DNA of 63,340 nucleotides, the filler included, from Octopus bimaculoides (taxonomy: Eukaryota): NCBI RefSeq assembly GCF_001194135.2. It is 10 parts of 9 records of this genome, joined end to end, with 100 filler letters (N's around TTAATTAATTAA, not from the genome) between each part and the next. Parts side by side here need not be neighbours in the genome. Positions count along the whole stretch, not along the records: positions 36,839 to 42,286 come from NC_068994.1; positions 42,387 to 46,887 come from NC_068985.1; positions 46,988 to 52,491 come from NC_069000.1; 7 more parts are not named here. One strand, 5' to 3'. The notes below the pieces were generated by a model. The model saw nothing but the letters and a program-made list of their open reading frames with translations, did no database searches and was not told where the DNA came from. The position numbers and the translations under genes are program-made. Below, piece after piece: positions 37,521 to 50,609 of this stretch (position 1 is the first letter of the stretch; each line of letters starts with the position of its first letter).

Positions 37521-38627
37521 NNNNNNNNNNNNNNNNNNNNNNNNNNNNNNNNNNNNNNNNNNNNNNNNNNNNNNNNNNNNNNNNNNNNNNNNNNNNNNNN
37601 NNNNNNNNNNNNNNNNNNNNNNNNNNNNNNNNNNNNNNNNNNNNNNNNNNNNNNNNNNNNNNNNNNNNNNNNNNNNNNNNNNNNNNNNNNNNNNNNNNNN
37701 NNNNNNNNNNNNNNNNNNNNNNNNNNNNNNNNNNNNNNNNNNNNNNNNNNNNNNNNNNNNNNNNNNNNNNNNNNNNNNNNNNNNNNNNNNNNNNNNNNNN
37801 NNNNNNNNNNNNNNNNNNNNNNNNNNNNNNNNNNNNNNNNNNNNNNNNNNNNNNNNNNNNNNNNNNNNNNNNNNNNNNNNNNNNNNNNNNNNNNNNNNNN
37901 NNNNNNNNNNNNNNNNNNNNNNNNNNNNNNNNNNNNNNNNNNNNNNNNNNNNNNNNNNNNNNNNNNNNNNNNNNNNNNNNNNNNNNNNNNNNNNNNNNNN
38001 NNNNNNNNNNNNNNNNNNNNNNNNNNNNNNNNNNNNNNNNNNNNNNNNNNNNNNNNNNNNNNNNNNNNNNNNNNNNNNNNNNNNNNNNNNNNNNNNNNNN
38101 NNNNNNNNNNNNNNNNNNNNNNNNNNNNNNNNNNNNNNNNNNNNNNNNNNNNNNNNNNNNNNNNNNNNNNNNNNNNNNNNNNNNNNNNNNNNNNNNNNNN
38201 NNNNNNNNNNNNNNNNNNNNNNNNNNNNNNNNNNNNNNNNNNNNNNNNNNNNNNNNNNNNNNNNNNNNNNNNNNNNNNNNNNNNNNNNNNNNNNNNNNNN
38301 NNNNNNNNNNNNNNNNNNNNNNNNNNNNNNNNNNNNATTAACTTCGGAATTGGTTAGTTTTCATTGTTTTTTTCTTCTTGTTTTTGCCTTTGTGAGTTAC
38401 AAGTAATGCTATCTGTTGGAGTCTCAGATTTTTTAGCTGCTATTTCTGAATTTCGGTATGTGGTGAAGCAAATATTTGCTGATCCCTTAATTATGTTTAT
38501 AAATGTATATGAACTTTTAAATAAGTTCTCCACCGATAATGGTGCTTACATACCGAAGGGCTTGGTAAAAATTATTAATTGTTGATTTATTAATAAATTA
38601 ATAAATTGATAAACCTTTACCCTTTTA

Positions 38628-38661
<34 letters not shown>

Positions 38662-39338
38662 CGAAACGTTCAAGTTGCCACTTAATTTACCACTATCTGT
38701 TCACGTGTTTGAACCTCGGATCATTGAGTATATCAGACTGCATTTCAATGTATGTAATAGAGTGACTGAGAAGAAAAAATCTTAAGCGATTTTTTTTTTC
38801 AAAATTGCATTACTTGTCTTAAAAGAAGCAAGGAAAATGATTACAAAATATGTAAACAGCATAATAATAATAATTGATGGCGCAATAAATGTCGGAATAA
38901 AGTGGAATATATATGATAAGTATATTTTTGTAATGATAAAAAGTGAAAGTGAAATATAAGTAATGATAAATAATCAATATCGTGGAAGAAAAAATATGGT
39001 GTTAATGGCGTCGTGTTAGCTGATACATAAATAAGAATACGTATACTTTGAATGAGAAAACGCTGCATTTGCAGTTGCACTTAAAGTAAATTCCATCTGC
39101 AGATACGTGTAAATGGTATTTCAAAATAATATTTTGTTAATATATGCGATATAAACGTAATAAAACTCCATTTCTAGTCAACAAAATGCTATAAAATTTG
39201 CGGTAAATTGCAATTTTAAAATTACGCAACAAATAAAAGTTACATATTACTGTTTGTTTGAGATTCAACACGAAGTATGCACTAACACACACACACACAC
39301 ATACCCATACACACTCACACACATACTCGCGCACGCAC

Positions 39339-39378
<40 letters not shown>

Positions 39379-39439
39379 GTATAATCACACTGGCACTTGT
39401 CCAGTAGACTGTCGGCGAAAACTCCAGCATTTGTTTCCA

Positions 39440-39880
39440 ATATGCCGTTGTGGAGAGGAAAGCCTTGAAAGGAGAAAGATCGCAAAGGATCTCATTAAAA
39501 AGCCAACAATCGCATCAGGGCCATTATTAAAATTCATCACAAAACGATGACGTTTGTACAAATTCACAAATTCAGAAGAGAATTTGATTTACTGTATTAA
39601 ATGCACGAATTGCGTGGAATTATATATAGGCGAGACAGGGAATGCATTATCGGAACGCTCACGATCCATAGACAACAAATCCGGAATACCAATGTTCGTC
39701 AAATTCCATTGAGCGAACATATTGAGATATGTGATCAGAAAATGTTTCGAATTTTTCCTTTCCACAAACTACATGATACAAGTGAGGTTGGAAGAAAGAT
39801 AAAAGAAAAATGGTTTATTAAAATGTTCATATGTGTTCTGAACGGAAATAAGAGTAATAATATAACAACCAGTTAATGAT
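39440..39880 (+). mobile_element. Penelope-like element GIY-YIG endonuclease fragment
   Basis: NLIYCIKCTNCVELYIGETGNALSER, then after a frameshift HRQQIRNTNVRQIPLSEHIEIC...KIKEKWFIKMF (end of ORF 39601-39876). Confidence 0.85.
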
Positions 39881-40187
39881 GTGGATTAAAACATATATAT
39901 CTCTAGCATATAAATATAAACTAGTCACAGAATAACGGTACGCCTGGCAAACCGTGATGCTTATGTGTCATGTGGATTGGTCAAATGGGTATTCTACAAC
40001 TTCAGCTTGTTGGAGCGTTCTAAGTGATACTAAGGTTGTTAAGAACTCAACTGTCAGTGAAACACATTTGAAATTTGATGATTACACTATGTATAAAAAC
40101 GCTAATATAAATTTATGAGCATTAAAAAATATTTCTATAATGTTAAAATACCATAATAAAATTCGTGAAAACCAGATCAACTGATAT

Positions 40188-40267
<80 letters not shown>

Positions 40268-41544
40268 ACGTACGTGTGTCTGCGCGTGTGTTTATGTATG
40301 TATGTATGTATGTAGGTGAGTTTCTTTGCGTCTGTGTCCAACCGATTTTGATCCCCCGAAACAAAGAACTTCGGCAAAATCATGGCAGACTATGCACTGA
40401 GGTTGAGTTTATGTGATGAAACTACGTAGCTGCAGTTGATTAAACAGATAGTTCTTTCTTTTGTAAATTAAACGGTTGCTATAACACATTTTCCTCCTTC
40501 TGTGCGTATATTTTTTCTTTTGTGCTATGTCACAAGCGCAGCAATTTTGAGGCGAAGTAAGTTAGACGCTACCATCAAATGCAGAACTTGATATTTTATG
40601 CTTTGACCAAGAAAGGATGAAATTCAAAGTTGATAATCGTCGGATATGTATTCAATTCGCAACGAGGCGGGGAAAAAATCATTTCAACAATTCAATTATT
40701 TGCCGCATTCATTGCAACATATAATTACATATATCTGAATCTATTTGCGCCTCATCTGTGATTTTAATTAGTTTATAACACCTGTGAAAATCATTTACTC
40801 GTTCAACAACAATGCTAAACATCCATCATCATTTATAAACATTTCTGATGTATAAAATATAGAAACATTTTTATGTATGTTAAATTATTACCAATAAATA
40901 TAACAGAGGAAGGTGTAGTGATTTTGCTCCACGATAAATTTGTCTTCTAGCAGAAATTTAAATGCCATTTGTCAAATAAAACTGATAATTATATCTGCCA
41001 CATATTTTATCACACTTAGACCTCACCATAGAGGATATCTTGTCTCGTTTTATCTACTAGTAATAATATTTTTTCCAGTTATCAACAATAAGTAACAAAA
41101 AGCTTAAGCGTGGGTTGAAGTCGCTATACATACCTATAGAAGGATGAACTATGCTATTTCGTTACATTACTCTTCCATGTATATATATTTTGTACGCTGC
41201 AAGAAGTTAAGCGGTTGTTGTAGATGTTATGAATAATGATGTCTACATTGTCAATTACATATAAACATAAATGTATGAAGAAAGTTTTATTTTGTTTGTG
41301 TCTCATGAAATACAATTAATTAGTGTATATATAGGTGAATATACATATATATTTATATATTTACATATTTGAATAGTGTAATGTTCCGTGATGGTAAGAT
41401 AAACAAAATGTGCTTCGTCTGGTGAAAGATAAATATTATTTGATAAACACAGTATATATTTTTATAAGCTACTAATAATTTCATGCTATGAAAACAACAC
41501 AAATAGCATTTTGTAACACGTCTGGTGCCTTCACATTATCCCTA

Positions 41545-41989
41545 GATTGTGCAAAGATCCTATGAGATTTTATAATTCAGTGCGACCATAGGATAGAGAA
41601 TAGGAAGCCAAATATAGTGTTAATTGAGAAAGAAAGCAAACGATGCTGGATCATAGATATAGCATCCCCAACTGACAACAAGGCATGCGATAAGGAAGAA
41701 TGAAAATTCAATAGAGGTTAGCTTGGGAGATTAAGCAGTCGTGGTCTTTGAAGAAGGTGGTAGTACCAATAATAGTCGGAGCCCTGGGAACAGTGAGCAA
41801 AAATCTTGAGGAGTACATAGACCAAATAGGGGCAGCAATAAGAGTGGAGCACTTGCAGAAAACAGCACTGCTTTGAAACGCTCGAACACTCGGGATGGTG
41901 CCTGAAAAATAACGGGTGATACTTTAGTCCACTGGTGGTGAACAGCTGGTACTGTAGTACATCTCTGGCGTTAGAAGCCGTGCAAAGAC

Positions 41990-41990
<1 letters not shown>
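41545..41990 (+). mobile_element. R4/Dong-type RLE 3' end and UTR, ending in (TAA)n
   Basis: DFIIQCDHRIENRKPNIVLIEKESKRCWIIDIASP; VVPIIVGALGTV; LQKTALL. A TAA array follows at 41991-42060. Confidence 0.82.
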
Positions 41991-42060
<70 letters not shown>

Positions 42061-42286
42061 GAGAATGTTATCGCAGGGTGAGAGCAATACTGAAGACAGA
42101 GCTGAACGCGAGAAACAGGATCGAAGCGATCAATGCTCTAGCCATACCAGTCGTGACTTACAGTTTCAACATCGTTAACTGGTCAATTACTGAAATATGT
42201 AATGTTGACAGAAAAATACGAAAACTGTTGACAATGCATAGAATGCACTACCCTAAGGCAGATATAGAACGTCTTTATCTGCCAAG
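42061..42286 (+). mobile_element. 5'-truncated R4/Dong-type fragment starting right after (TAA)n
   Basis: RAILKTELNARNRIEAINALAIPVVTYSF...MHYPKADIERLYLP (ORF 42078-42338). Confidence 0.88.
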
Positions 42287-42398
42287 NNNNNNNNNNNNNN
42301 NNNNNNNNNNNNNNNNNNNNNNNNNNNNNNTTAATTAATTAANNNNNNNNNNNNNNNNNNNNNNNNNNNNNNNNNNNNNNNNNNNNGGTTGTTCTTAC

Positions 42399-42740
42399 TC
42401 GGGGTCACCAATTTGTAGGAAAGTGGTTATACACCATCAGGTGTATACCCGCTTCCGTACATTAAATTCTGAAGAAACAACGAAATGCAGATTCTGAACC
42501 ATCAACACAACAATATTTATTTACAGAGGAAATAGGCAGCACTTCGCCCTTTGGTTGCTGAAACGTTGGAATGTTGGAATGAGCTGTCCCCAGAGTTGGA
42601 ATGCTGGAGAGACAGTTTGACACGTCCATGCTCATGGTCGGCCGGCCGAGAAAGAGGATGAATAAGGGCGCCAAACTTGGATATTGATGACTACGCATGC
42701 GCACGAGACAAGGCGTTACTACAAAGGGATTGTGGGGATG
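42399..42740 (-). mobile_element. LTR 3' part plus tRNA-Trp-type PBS
   Basis: The minus strand reads ...CACTTTCCTACA-AAT-TGGTGACCCCGA (PBS at 42399-42410). The LTR body is homologous to 10428-10861. Confidence 0.72.
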
Positions 42741-42744
42741 TGCC

Positions 42745-44720
42745 GAGCAAAGCTGTACTGTCTGAAGTAAGAAAACAGCGCAGAAACCTTATGACAGAAT
42801 GGCTTGACTATAAGAAGGCATTCGACTCTATCCCTCATTCATGGCTTTTGAAGTGCCTACATCTGGCAAAGGTACCTATTACCGTAACTGCTTCTATAAA
42901 GAGGCTCACAAAGACACGGACAACTATTCTTACTCTTACTACAGAGAACAGAATAATTGTTTTTAGTAGTATAGGCATTACAAAGGGAATGTTCCAGGGA
43001 GATAGTCTTCCTGCACTTCTTTTCAGTTTGGCACTGAATCCATTATCGTATGGTTACATGCTATGATCTTCAATGCTAGAAATATCAATATAACAATTGA
43101 AAACAACATTTTCAGCTGATATAGGTATGGAATTTGGCCAAAAGAAATGTTCATATTTGGTTAAAGATCGAGGAACCTCAGTTCCCTAAACCCAAAACCT
43201 GTACATCAACGGTATCTCTATCTCCCCCATTCCACACAAAGAATGTTACAAGTACCAAGGCATAGACGAAAATGTATCATATGAAGGCACTGTGAACAAA
43301 GATAGAGCGACCTGAGAATATTACACCAGACTTAGGAAAATATGGCAGTCGGAACTCTTCTCTTACAGCAAAACAATATCCCACAATGCATTTGCAGTAC
43401 CAGTTCTGATCCCAACATTTGGGATACTTGATTGGTCTGTAGAGGAAATCCACTCTATAGATATCAAAACCTACAAAATCTTGACAGCAACTAGGAACTT
43501 CCGCAGAAACAGTGATGTTGACAGGTTCTACCTAAGAAGAAATGAAGGTGCTAGAGGCCTGAGATCAGTGCAGACGGCCTTCGAATGCCATATGGTATCA
43601 CTCAGGCAGTACCTGCTAAACAACAGCAGCAAAAAAAAAATATATATATTAATGCAGTCCTGAAAAGTGAAGTGAACAACATTGTGCGAGTTGGTAGTGA
43701 ACTCCTCAACAAACACTCTCTTCCTGGTGATCTATACAGCCCCAAAACAGCTGGGTTCTCTTACCTCAGAGAAGACCTGGATGGAAAGTACTCAGCATAC
43801 AAAAAATAATTAGAAAAAAGACCGTGCATGCGTATGTTGTCCGGAAGCTTGAAGAAGACAGTAAAATTGACACGGAGCACAGCCTCTCTTGGACACAAGA
43901 CTACTACATCATATCACATCACACTTTAAAGGCTATGCGTTTGCAATGCAGGAACAGGAGATTGACACAAAATACCTGGTGAACAAGAGAGACAGTGACA
44001 CTCTTGTAAACCCAAGCTGCAACCGCATGCGTAGATTATGTCATGTTTCTGTGGAAGACATTACGCATGTGATTATCAGCTGTCCTAAAATGTCGTCGCG
44101 GTACGACCTCCCTATGCGGTACGATGTTGTTGCTAAAACAATTTACAAGGCCATCCGCAAAAAAGACTGTCCTGAAATAAACTTAGAAAATCTCTGTTAT
44201 AGAATACATTCATAAACACCAACTCAAGGAATACTGGTGGAATATTCCCATCAAAACTCCTGTCAAACGTAAGCATAACAGGCCAGATATTGTTCTTTGG
44301 GACAGAGGGACAAAGGTATGTACGATCATAGAGGTTAGCTGCCCTGTAGGTATAAATATCTCTTTGAAAATCAAAGAAAAACCGGATATCTATGGACAAC
44401 TGCTTCGAAACCTCCAGCTTCTATAGCCAGACTTTGAATTCATATTCATACCAATAATAATTGGAGCACTAAGTTTTGTTAGAAAATGTTTAAAGAAGAA
44501 TCTGGATAAACTGGGATTTTCAAAAAGAGAAACTGACCGGCTGATTCGTACATTACAAGTCCAATCTGTGAGTGGAACAGTAAAAATATGCAAGACTTTT
44601 CTTAAATTCCAAATGTGAATTTGTCTGTGTTAACTACAACCCAAAGATGGAGACTTGTATCTTTGTTGGAAACCGGCTCCCTCCTCAGTGGAATATTTAT
44701 AATGATTAAAAAATCGAAGA
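42745..44720 (+). mobile_element. R4/Dong-clade non-LTR retrotransposon (RT to RLE and UTR), decayed
   Basis: WLDYKKAFDSIPHSW, GMFQGDSLP, DVDRFYLRRNEGARGL, FAMQEQEIDT, CHVSVEDITHVIISC and RYDVVAK, then HNRPDIVLWD and PIIIGALS to a stop at ~44617. Confidence 0.9.
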
Positions 44721-45245
44721 AACGTACATACATACAAACATACATATACATATGTATGTACATACATACATGTATGTATGTACATACAAACCACCAAGAA
44801 CAAGAGGAAAAACCGCGCTACGAAGCTTTTTTACAAATACAAGCGTCCCCTCCAACCGAACGTGTGAATGGGGGCAGGCTTAAAATTATGTGGGCCTGTG
44901 TGCGTGTATAAGTAACCTAGTGCGTACATTTTATGGAGTGATGCGAGTTTCATGTACTGGTGTGTATGCGTGTGTGCGTGTGGACGTGTATACATGTGTG
45001 GGGATTATCATGTGTGTGTGTGTGCGCGCGTGCAAACGCATGGGCATGTGTGTGTTTATGGGAGCATGTGTGTATGTGTACAAGTAACCTAGTTGGGCGT
45101 TGTGTGGAGTGATGTACGTTTCGTGTATTTGTGTGTGTGTGTGTGTGTATGCAATTAAACTAAAATTTTATGTAATACAATGAAGTAGAAATATGAATAT
45201 GTCATCATAGACAATACAAAGTTTTCCGATCCCGCTCATCACGTA

Positions 45246-45623
45246 ATTACCTCCGCCAAGGAAGGAGATTATGTTTTCTTCGGCGTTGGTTTGTCCGTCT
45301 GTGTTCAAAATAACTCAAAAAGTTGTGAACGGTATTTGATGAAACTTTCAGGAAAAGTTGGTAATGATACAAAGAACAGATGATGAAATTTTGGTAGTGA
45401 TCCAGGAATTTTTATGGATTCTTGAAGGATTTTTCATTTGTTATATCTACCTTACATGAAGTATTACAATGTTATGTTCTTTGATTATCTCCCTTGAAAA
45501 CACGTTCATCGTTTCCACGTAACCTATGGTGGCGTTACTGATTCCAAAGTTTATATTCGTTTCTCTATTAGTAATTTTACTCGCGTATCTATCTTAAAAT
45601 CAGCTGCTTGGCAGAGGTCTGCG
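45246..45623 (+). mobile_element. Helentron-type non-autonomous element (HINE/DINE-1-like), 3' end replaced by a LINE fragment
   Basis: Subterminal inverted repeat CCTCCGCCAAG / CTTGGCAGAGG, with the head TTACCTCCGCCAAGG..TTATGTTTT and a GTCTG tract. Confidence 0.65.
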
Positions 45624-45625
45624 GA

Positions 45626-46110
45626 GGATGACATGACAAGCCTTGACTATTGGGATCGACTCAAAAAGCTCAGGCTTTGCTCCCTCCACCGCCGCTGTGA
45701 GCTCTATATCTTCTGTATGATGTGGAAAATATTCCATCAACATTGTCCATCTTTAAAATTCGTCCGAGGCTTGGCCCCCCCCCCCGTGTCATCCGTCCAC
45801 TACAGAAATGTTCGTATCACAACACTTTGACAGAACTATTTCACCTCAATTGACCCTGCTCTCTTCAACATCATGCTAGACACACATAAAGGAGGAAAGT
45901 GACTTCACGGCATTCAAACGATCCCTAGATGATTACCCCCAACGAATACCAGATAAACCACCCACACCCAGATATGTCTCTGAAAACAATAACCCTCTGC
46001 TTGAATGGGCTACGGTTCCCCAGAGCTGACTGTGTATCTCTTCCAGGTGGTGCTATTAAATTAGACATGGCCTGAGTCAACTTCGGCCGAAACTTATCTA
46101 ATTAATCTAA
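45626..46110 (+). mobile_element. CR1/L2-group LINE 3' end
   Basis: LDYWDRLKKLRLCSLHRRCELYIFCMMWKI resembles the LSY.ERL..L.L.SLERRR...KI motif. It ends in a short (CTAAT)-like tail. Confidence 0.7.
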
Positions 46111-46380
46111 TCTATGCTGTAACCTTTTAATCAAAGCATGACAACGTGGGTAGAGGCTGATATCTTAACNNNNNNNNNNACCTGGTTTCTATCCTCAAAC
46201 TGTTCCGTTTTGTTGATGCATTTTTTTTTTTAATAAAGCACTCCGAAATCAGAAAAATCAAAAATCTGCAACAATCTCGGTCCCATGAGTATCAGATAAT
46301 CGATTTTCAACTGTGTAAAGAGACTGATTGTGGTGAAAGCAGAGACAGTGTTGATGATGACGATGGTCGAGATAACTATG

Positions 46381-46501
46381 GGAGGGGGTTTATGTTTTTG
46401 CTGGCGTTGGTTTGGGAAATTGGGCGATTGTCAGCATGCGTGTATATGGGTGGAAATGAGCTCCTTGGTGGAGGTCTGCGCTCTCCGAGTGCTTTTCTAG
46501 T
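46381..46501 (+). mobile_element. Short HINE-like copy with intact 3' end
   Basis: TTATGTTTTTG..GGCGTTGGTTTG head, then CTTGGTGGAGGTCTGCGCTCTCCGAGTGCTTTTCTAGT (subterminal repeat, hairpin, CTAGT). Confidence 0.65.
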
Positions 46502-46547
46502 TGGATATACAATAATACCGGTTGGTATGGATATACTGGTGGAATAT

Positions 46548-46674
46548 ATATATAATTGTTAAACAGGACAGCAAACATTAAGGCAAGGCAAACATATTGT
46601 ATATAACTTGAGATGTATAACTTGCGATGTTTGCCTTGCCTTATTGTTTGCTGTTCTATTTAACAATTATATAT
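46548..46674. repeat. 48-bp-arm hairpin with 31-nt loop
   Basis: 46548-46595 versus the reverse complement of 46627-46674 shows 3 mismatches. Confidence 0.93.
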
Positions 46675-46793
46675 CCGCTGCATCGGAAATCTGCAATCGC
46701 TCCATAACTACCGTTTCGGCTATAACTTTGGAGCCCCTATACAGCACTCACCTAGCGTGTGAACTAAACCCCCATAATTAGTATATATACATA

Positions 46794-46862
<69 letters not shown>

Positions 46863-46987
46863 CGATCCCAGGACTTATACATATATANNNNNNNNNNNNN
46901 NNNNNNNNNNNNNNNNNNNNNNNNNNNNNNNTTAATTAATTAANNNNNNNNNNNNNNNNNNNNNNNNNNNNNNNNNNNNNNNNNNNN

Positions 46988-47055
<68 letters not shown>

Positions 47056-47179
47056 TATCCAAAGTATACAGTATTATATATCCATTACTGCTGATCTTAC
47101 CAATTGGTTTCACACTGGATATTAGCTAACTGGACTGTTAGCTAATTAGCTAATTCGAGATAAACTCTACAGGCACGGA

Positions 47180-47800
47180 TGTGCTGTCGTATGGGCTTGT
47201 TCGAGATGCGTGCGACAAAACTGCTCTGCATGCACTCGTTCAATGTTCGGGCATTGCTGACTTTTGGAGTTATGTCCAACAGCTGCTATCGCGTGCGGGA
47301 CGGATCCGTTGGTCAGCCGAGTCCACAGTGATGATTGCCCCGCCACCCTCCTTTAGTCGGGCAGGCAAAGCAGTTTTTCTCTGCTTCGTGGCTGTGACCA
47401 AAGAGGTTGTCTGGTTGACGAGGCTGAAAGGAACGAGGACAGAAACATTCCTCTTTGGTAAAGCCTTCATCGACGTTTTTCAAGTTTCACTTGAAGAGGA
47501 AAATGAGGATGGAGAGAGAGGTGTTGTCCTCGAGTGAATTTATCAGAAGGTGGGTGAAAGTTGCGAAAATGGCAAGAGTGGGGTTCCTTGATTATCGCTA
47601 GAGGTCCTTCTGTATCACTATCACTTTTCCCCCTTCTTCTTCAAGTGTTGTATACTATGTAAACTTCCCTTCTTCTAATGTATACCGTGTTAACTGTTAT
47701 TTTCTTTTTATCATTCCCTAATATGTAAACTCCAATACTTTACGTCTGTCTTTCTATTGTCCCCTTCATCCTTCGCCCTGGTGGCAAATAAAAGAAGGCA
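47180..47800 (+). mobile_element. Tx1/L1-like LINE 3' end (C-terminal Zn-knuckle region, UTR, AATAAA)
   Basis: CDKTALHALVQCSGIADFWSYVQQLL...KAVFLCFVAVTKEVVWLTRLKG; AATAAA at ~47787. Confidence 0.72.
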
Positions 47801-47839
47801 TTATTATTATTATTATCATTATTATTGTTGTTGTTGCTG

Positions 47840-48063
47840 TTAAGGCGGCGTGCTGGACGAATTATTACAACGCTGGACAAAATGCTTAGCGGTATTTCGC
47901 CCGTCGCTACGTTCTGAGTTCAAATTCCGCCAAGGTCGACTTTGCTTTTCATCCTTTCGGAATCGATGAATTGAATATCAGTGAAACACAGGCGTCGATG
48001 TAATCGAATTACCCCATCCCCCCCAAAATTTCAGACCTTGTGCCTACAGTAGAACGTATTATT
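47840..48063 (+). mobile_element. SINE family B, full length
   Basis: TAAGGCGGCG head, GAGTTCAAATTCC B box and GTGCCTACAGTAGAA.GTATTATT tail. Confidence 0.85.
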
Positions 48064-48584
48064 GTTTTTGCTGAGTGGGGATGCTAAATTCCCCTTTTCG
48101 AAAAGACAGATATCGTGTCGTATAGCCAGCTGGAAACGATGCTTCCTGGGGTTAAATAACAGTAGCATTCGACTGCCACGTTATGTTGACAAATAGTCTT
48201 TACTCTTTTTNNNNNNNNNNNNNNNNNNNNNNNNNNNNNNNNNNNNNNNNNNNNNNNNNNNNNNNNNNNNNNNNNNNNNNNNNNNNNNNNNNNNNNNNNN
48301 NNNNNNNNNNNNNNNNNNNNNNNNNNNNNNNNNNNNNNNNNNNNNNNNNNNNNNNNNNNNNNNNNNNNNNNNNNNNNNNNNNNNNNNNNNNNNNNNNNNN
48401 NNNNNNNNNNNNNNNNNNNNNNNNNNNNNNNNNNNNNNNNNNNNNNNNNNNNNNNNNNNNNNNNNNNNNNNNNNNNNNNNNNNNNNNNNNNNNNNNNNNN
48501 NNNNNNNNNNNNNNNNNNNNNNNNNNNNNNNNNNNNNNNNNNNNNNNNNNNNNNNNNNNNNNNNNNNNNNNNNNNNNNNNNNNN

Positions 48585-48620
<36 letters not shown>

Positions 48621-48629
48621 TTATGAGTA

Positions 48630-48800
48630 TGTTTCTATATTTGTGGCCCCACCATTGCTTGACAACCGATGCTGGTGTGTTTATGTTCCCGTAACTTAGC
48701 GGTTCGAGAAAAGACGCCGATAGAATAAGTATCAGGCTTACAAAGAGTAAGTCCTGAGGTCGATTTCTTCGACTAAAAATCCTTCAGGGTGGTGCTCCTT
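48630..48800 (+). mobile_element. SINE family C, 3' part
   Basis: CTTGACAACCGATGCTGGT.TGTTTATGT.CCCGTAA.TTAGC.GTTCG is shared with 50990-51160. Confidence 0.7.
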
Positions 48801-50609
48801 ACAAACATACATACATACATACATACATACATACATACATGGTTGTGGTTGTCTACTCCTGATGCAGAGTTTGACCATCTCCTGTACCTACCTTAGAACC
48901 ATCATGGCATCTGATGTGGCTTTTAAAACCAGACAATGTTTTGAGAAGACACCCACACAGATTGCATATCCGATTTGGATCACCAAGAGCTGCAATACAT
49001 ACATACAGCTGGCATTCGCTCACGAACGAATATGGTGGCTTTCGTTGATTAGTTTATGAGGACGCGCGTAGACAAAGTCAACATCCTGATTCTTTTGTCG
49101 AAACGCTAAGACCCTTAAGAAAAAAAAAAAAAAATGAGAAGCACATCCAGGATGCGACGGCTAGCAGGTTGGAGGAATGTGAAGCGGAGTTCCTAGCTCA
49201 AGAGCATAACACGCACCCGGTACAAGAATTGAACCCATAATATTATGATCATGAGCCAAACACCTTAACCACTAGGCCACGTGACTTCCTCTCTGTGCGT
49301 ATCTGTGTGTATATGTGTGCGTGTACACATATACACACGTAGATAATTCCCAGAATACTCAGGAAGTCGGAAGTTTTTGATAAAAGTTCTTGTTTTGATT
49401 CTGGTAGTTGGGCGTGGCAAAGCGTGACACTTGTTATGAAAATGTTATGCATTTTAGCATCGTTCAACATTGTGGGCGTGATATACGTTGTGGGCGTGGC
49501 TCATCTACGTAAAGCGGAGTAACTGAATAAGTGTGTTGGGCGATGGGTGAATGTTTTATTTGGACCACATGGGAGGCGGGAGAGGAGGGTTTCGTGGAAG
49601 CAATTATTGAAGGAGGTGTGGTAATATTACTTGGGGATGTTGTGGCTGTTATTATGGCCATGACTATTTCCCACATAGTCACAACTCCATTTCTAAAAAA
49701 GAATAAATCACAAATCAATGCTTCTCTCTTTTTCTTGGATAAATTGACGAAGGGGTAAATATGACCATGGATAGAATGCTAGTCTATCGCACGAACATTT
49801 GGTCAAACGTCGAATGATTAGTGAATGCTTCAGTGCTTGCGCCGATTGCAGCAGAGAATCATTAAGTATAAATCATCGCGAGGGCAGGGCCATCTTAGTA
49901 GCCCCCACTCCCGGGCAAACAAATGTACTGGACCCTATAGTATATATTTACTACCAGTATGTAAGAGCATTCATAAATCAGAATTGGGCCCCTAGACCTG
50001 TGAGGTGTCCGAGCAAATTAATGCTCTGGGCCATATAGTATATATTTACTGCTAGTAAGCCACAACATACATTGACCAGAATGGGGCTCCTAGACCCGTA
50101 AGACCCCGGGCAACTGCTTAGTGTGTTCATACCTTGAGTCGGCAATGCTCGTGGGTGCCAATTTATGTACAATCGGGTGGTGTACCGTAATATTTTAGAG
50201 TTAAGTGCCCTTGGCCAGAGATGCAATACAGAGCCTGTGACAAGAAACGAACCCGTGGTTGATTCATAACCTGGTTATCTCGTACTCTATCCATGCGGTC
50301 GACTGAACTTCCGAAGAGGTTGACCGAAATGTACTTTCTATGCTTTTTTTTTATAACTTTTTCTGTTTCCATAACACAATCTGAAGTGTGTGTGTGTGTG
50401 TGTGTGTGTGTATGAGTGTATGTGTGTATGAATGTGTGTGTGTGTGTATGAATGTGTGTGTGTATGAATGTGCGTGTGTATGTGTGTGTGTGTGTGTATG
50501 AATGTGTGTGTGTATGTGTGTGTGTGGTGGGGTAAAGCTCGCGGATTTTGTAGTTCCCTCCCAGACGGGGGAAGAAGACAAATGAAGTTGATGATATTCA
50601 GTTCGAACA

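Noticed and set aside
42677-42745. N-terminus of ORF 42677-43066 as a novel RT fusion
   Set aside because: It is read-through from LTR sequence into a decayed R4 RT fragment.
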